From assembly GCA_903929045.1 (NCBI GenBank), contig CAIYTE010000147.1, forward strand, positions 5,671 through 69,670: DNA of 64,000 nucleotides, read 5' to 3'. This document shows, in pieces, positions 63,978 to 64,000 of the stretch (the stretch's first letter is position 1; each line of letters opens with the position of its first letter). The position numbers and the translations under genes were made by a program. This stretch comes from an uncultured Hyphomicrobiales bacterium (GTDB taxonomy: Bacteria > Pseudomonadota > Alphaproteobacteria > Rhizobiales > Xanthobacteraceae). The notes under the pieces were generated by a model. It was not told where the DNA came from, did no database searches, and saw only the letters and a list, made by a program, of their open reading frames with translations.

Positions 63978-64000
63978 CTACTGCTTGCCGATCAACACAA
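63978..64000 (-). CDS. Possible 3' end of an upstream gene (perhaps tctC)
   Basis: ...VLIGKQ-TAG at the window edge; identity guessed from context only. Confidence 0.3.

Overview
GC-rich alphaproteobacterial chromosome segment; gene content and order point to Hyphomicrobiales, probably a Xanthobacteraceae/Nitrobacteraceae-type organism (inference). The first ~25 kb is mostly core: two Omp25-family genes, SDR-uvrC-(dioxygenase)-pgsA-moaD-moaE, ilvE, MarR-OmpR-EnvZ, proC, prs, pgeF, lgt, ubiK, rplY-pth-ychF. From 25 to 30 kb there is a cluster of short hypothetical genes, two small proteins missed by the ORF track and one or two candidate sRNAs. The rest holds uvrB, transport and catabolic genes, a diguanylate cyclase, an EF-G paralogue, msrP and tctAB. 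I found no rRNA, tRNA, CRISPR array, integrase or transposase. Best leads: (1) a ~1.2 kb Fic/DUF4172 module flanked by an exact 11-bp direct repeat, inserted into a palindromic shared-stop site, with its own promoter and four copies of an operator half-site; (2) ten palindromic REP-like elements, several with smaller palindromes nested in their loops and one lying in-frame inside uvrB; (3) an anti-SD sRNA candidate next to an EcfG-type promoter driving a 52-aa membrane protein; (4) a signal-peptide-less 'binding protein' leading an ABC operon; (5) a Cys-rich CWC gene with no ATG/GTG/TTG start; (6) an AT-rich broken ORF directly upstream of a secreted nuclease. All calls come from reading the sequence and recognising motifs; no database searches were run.
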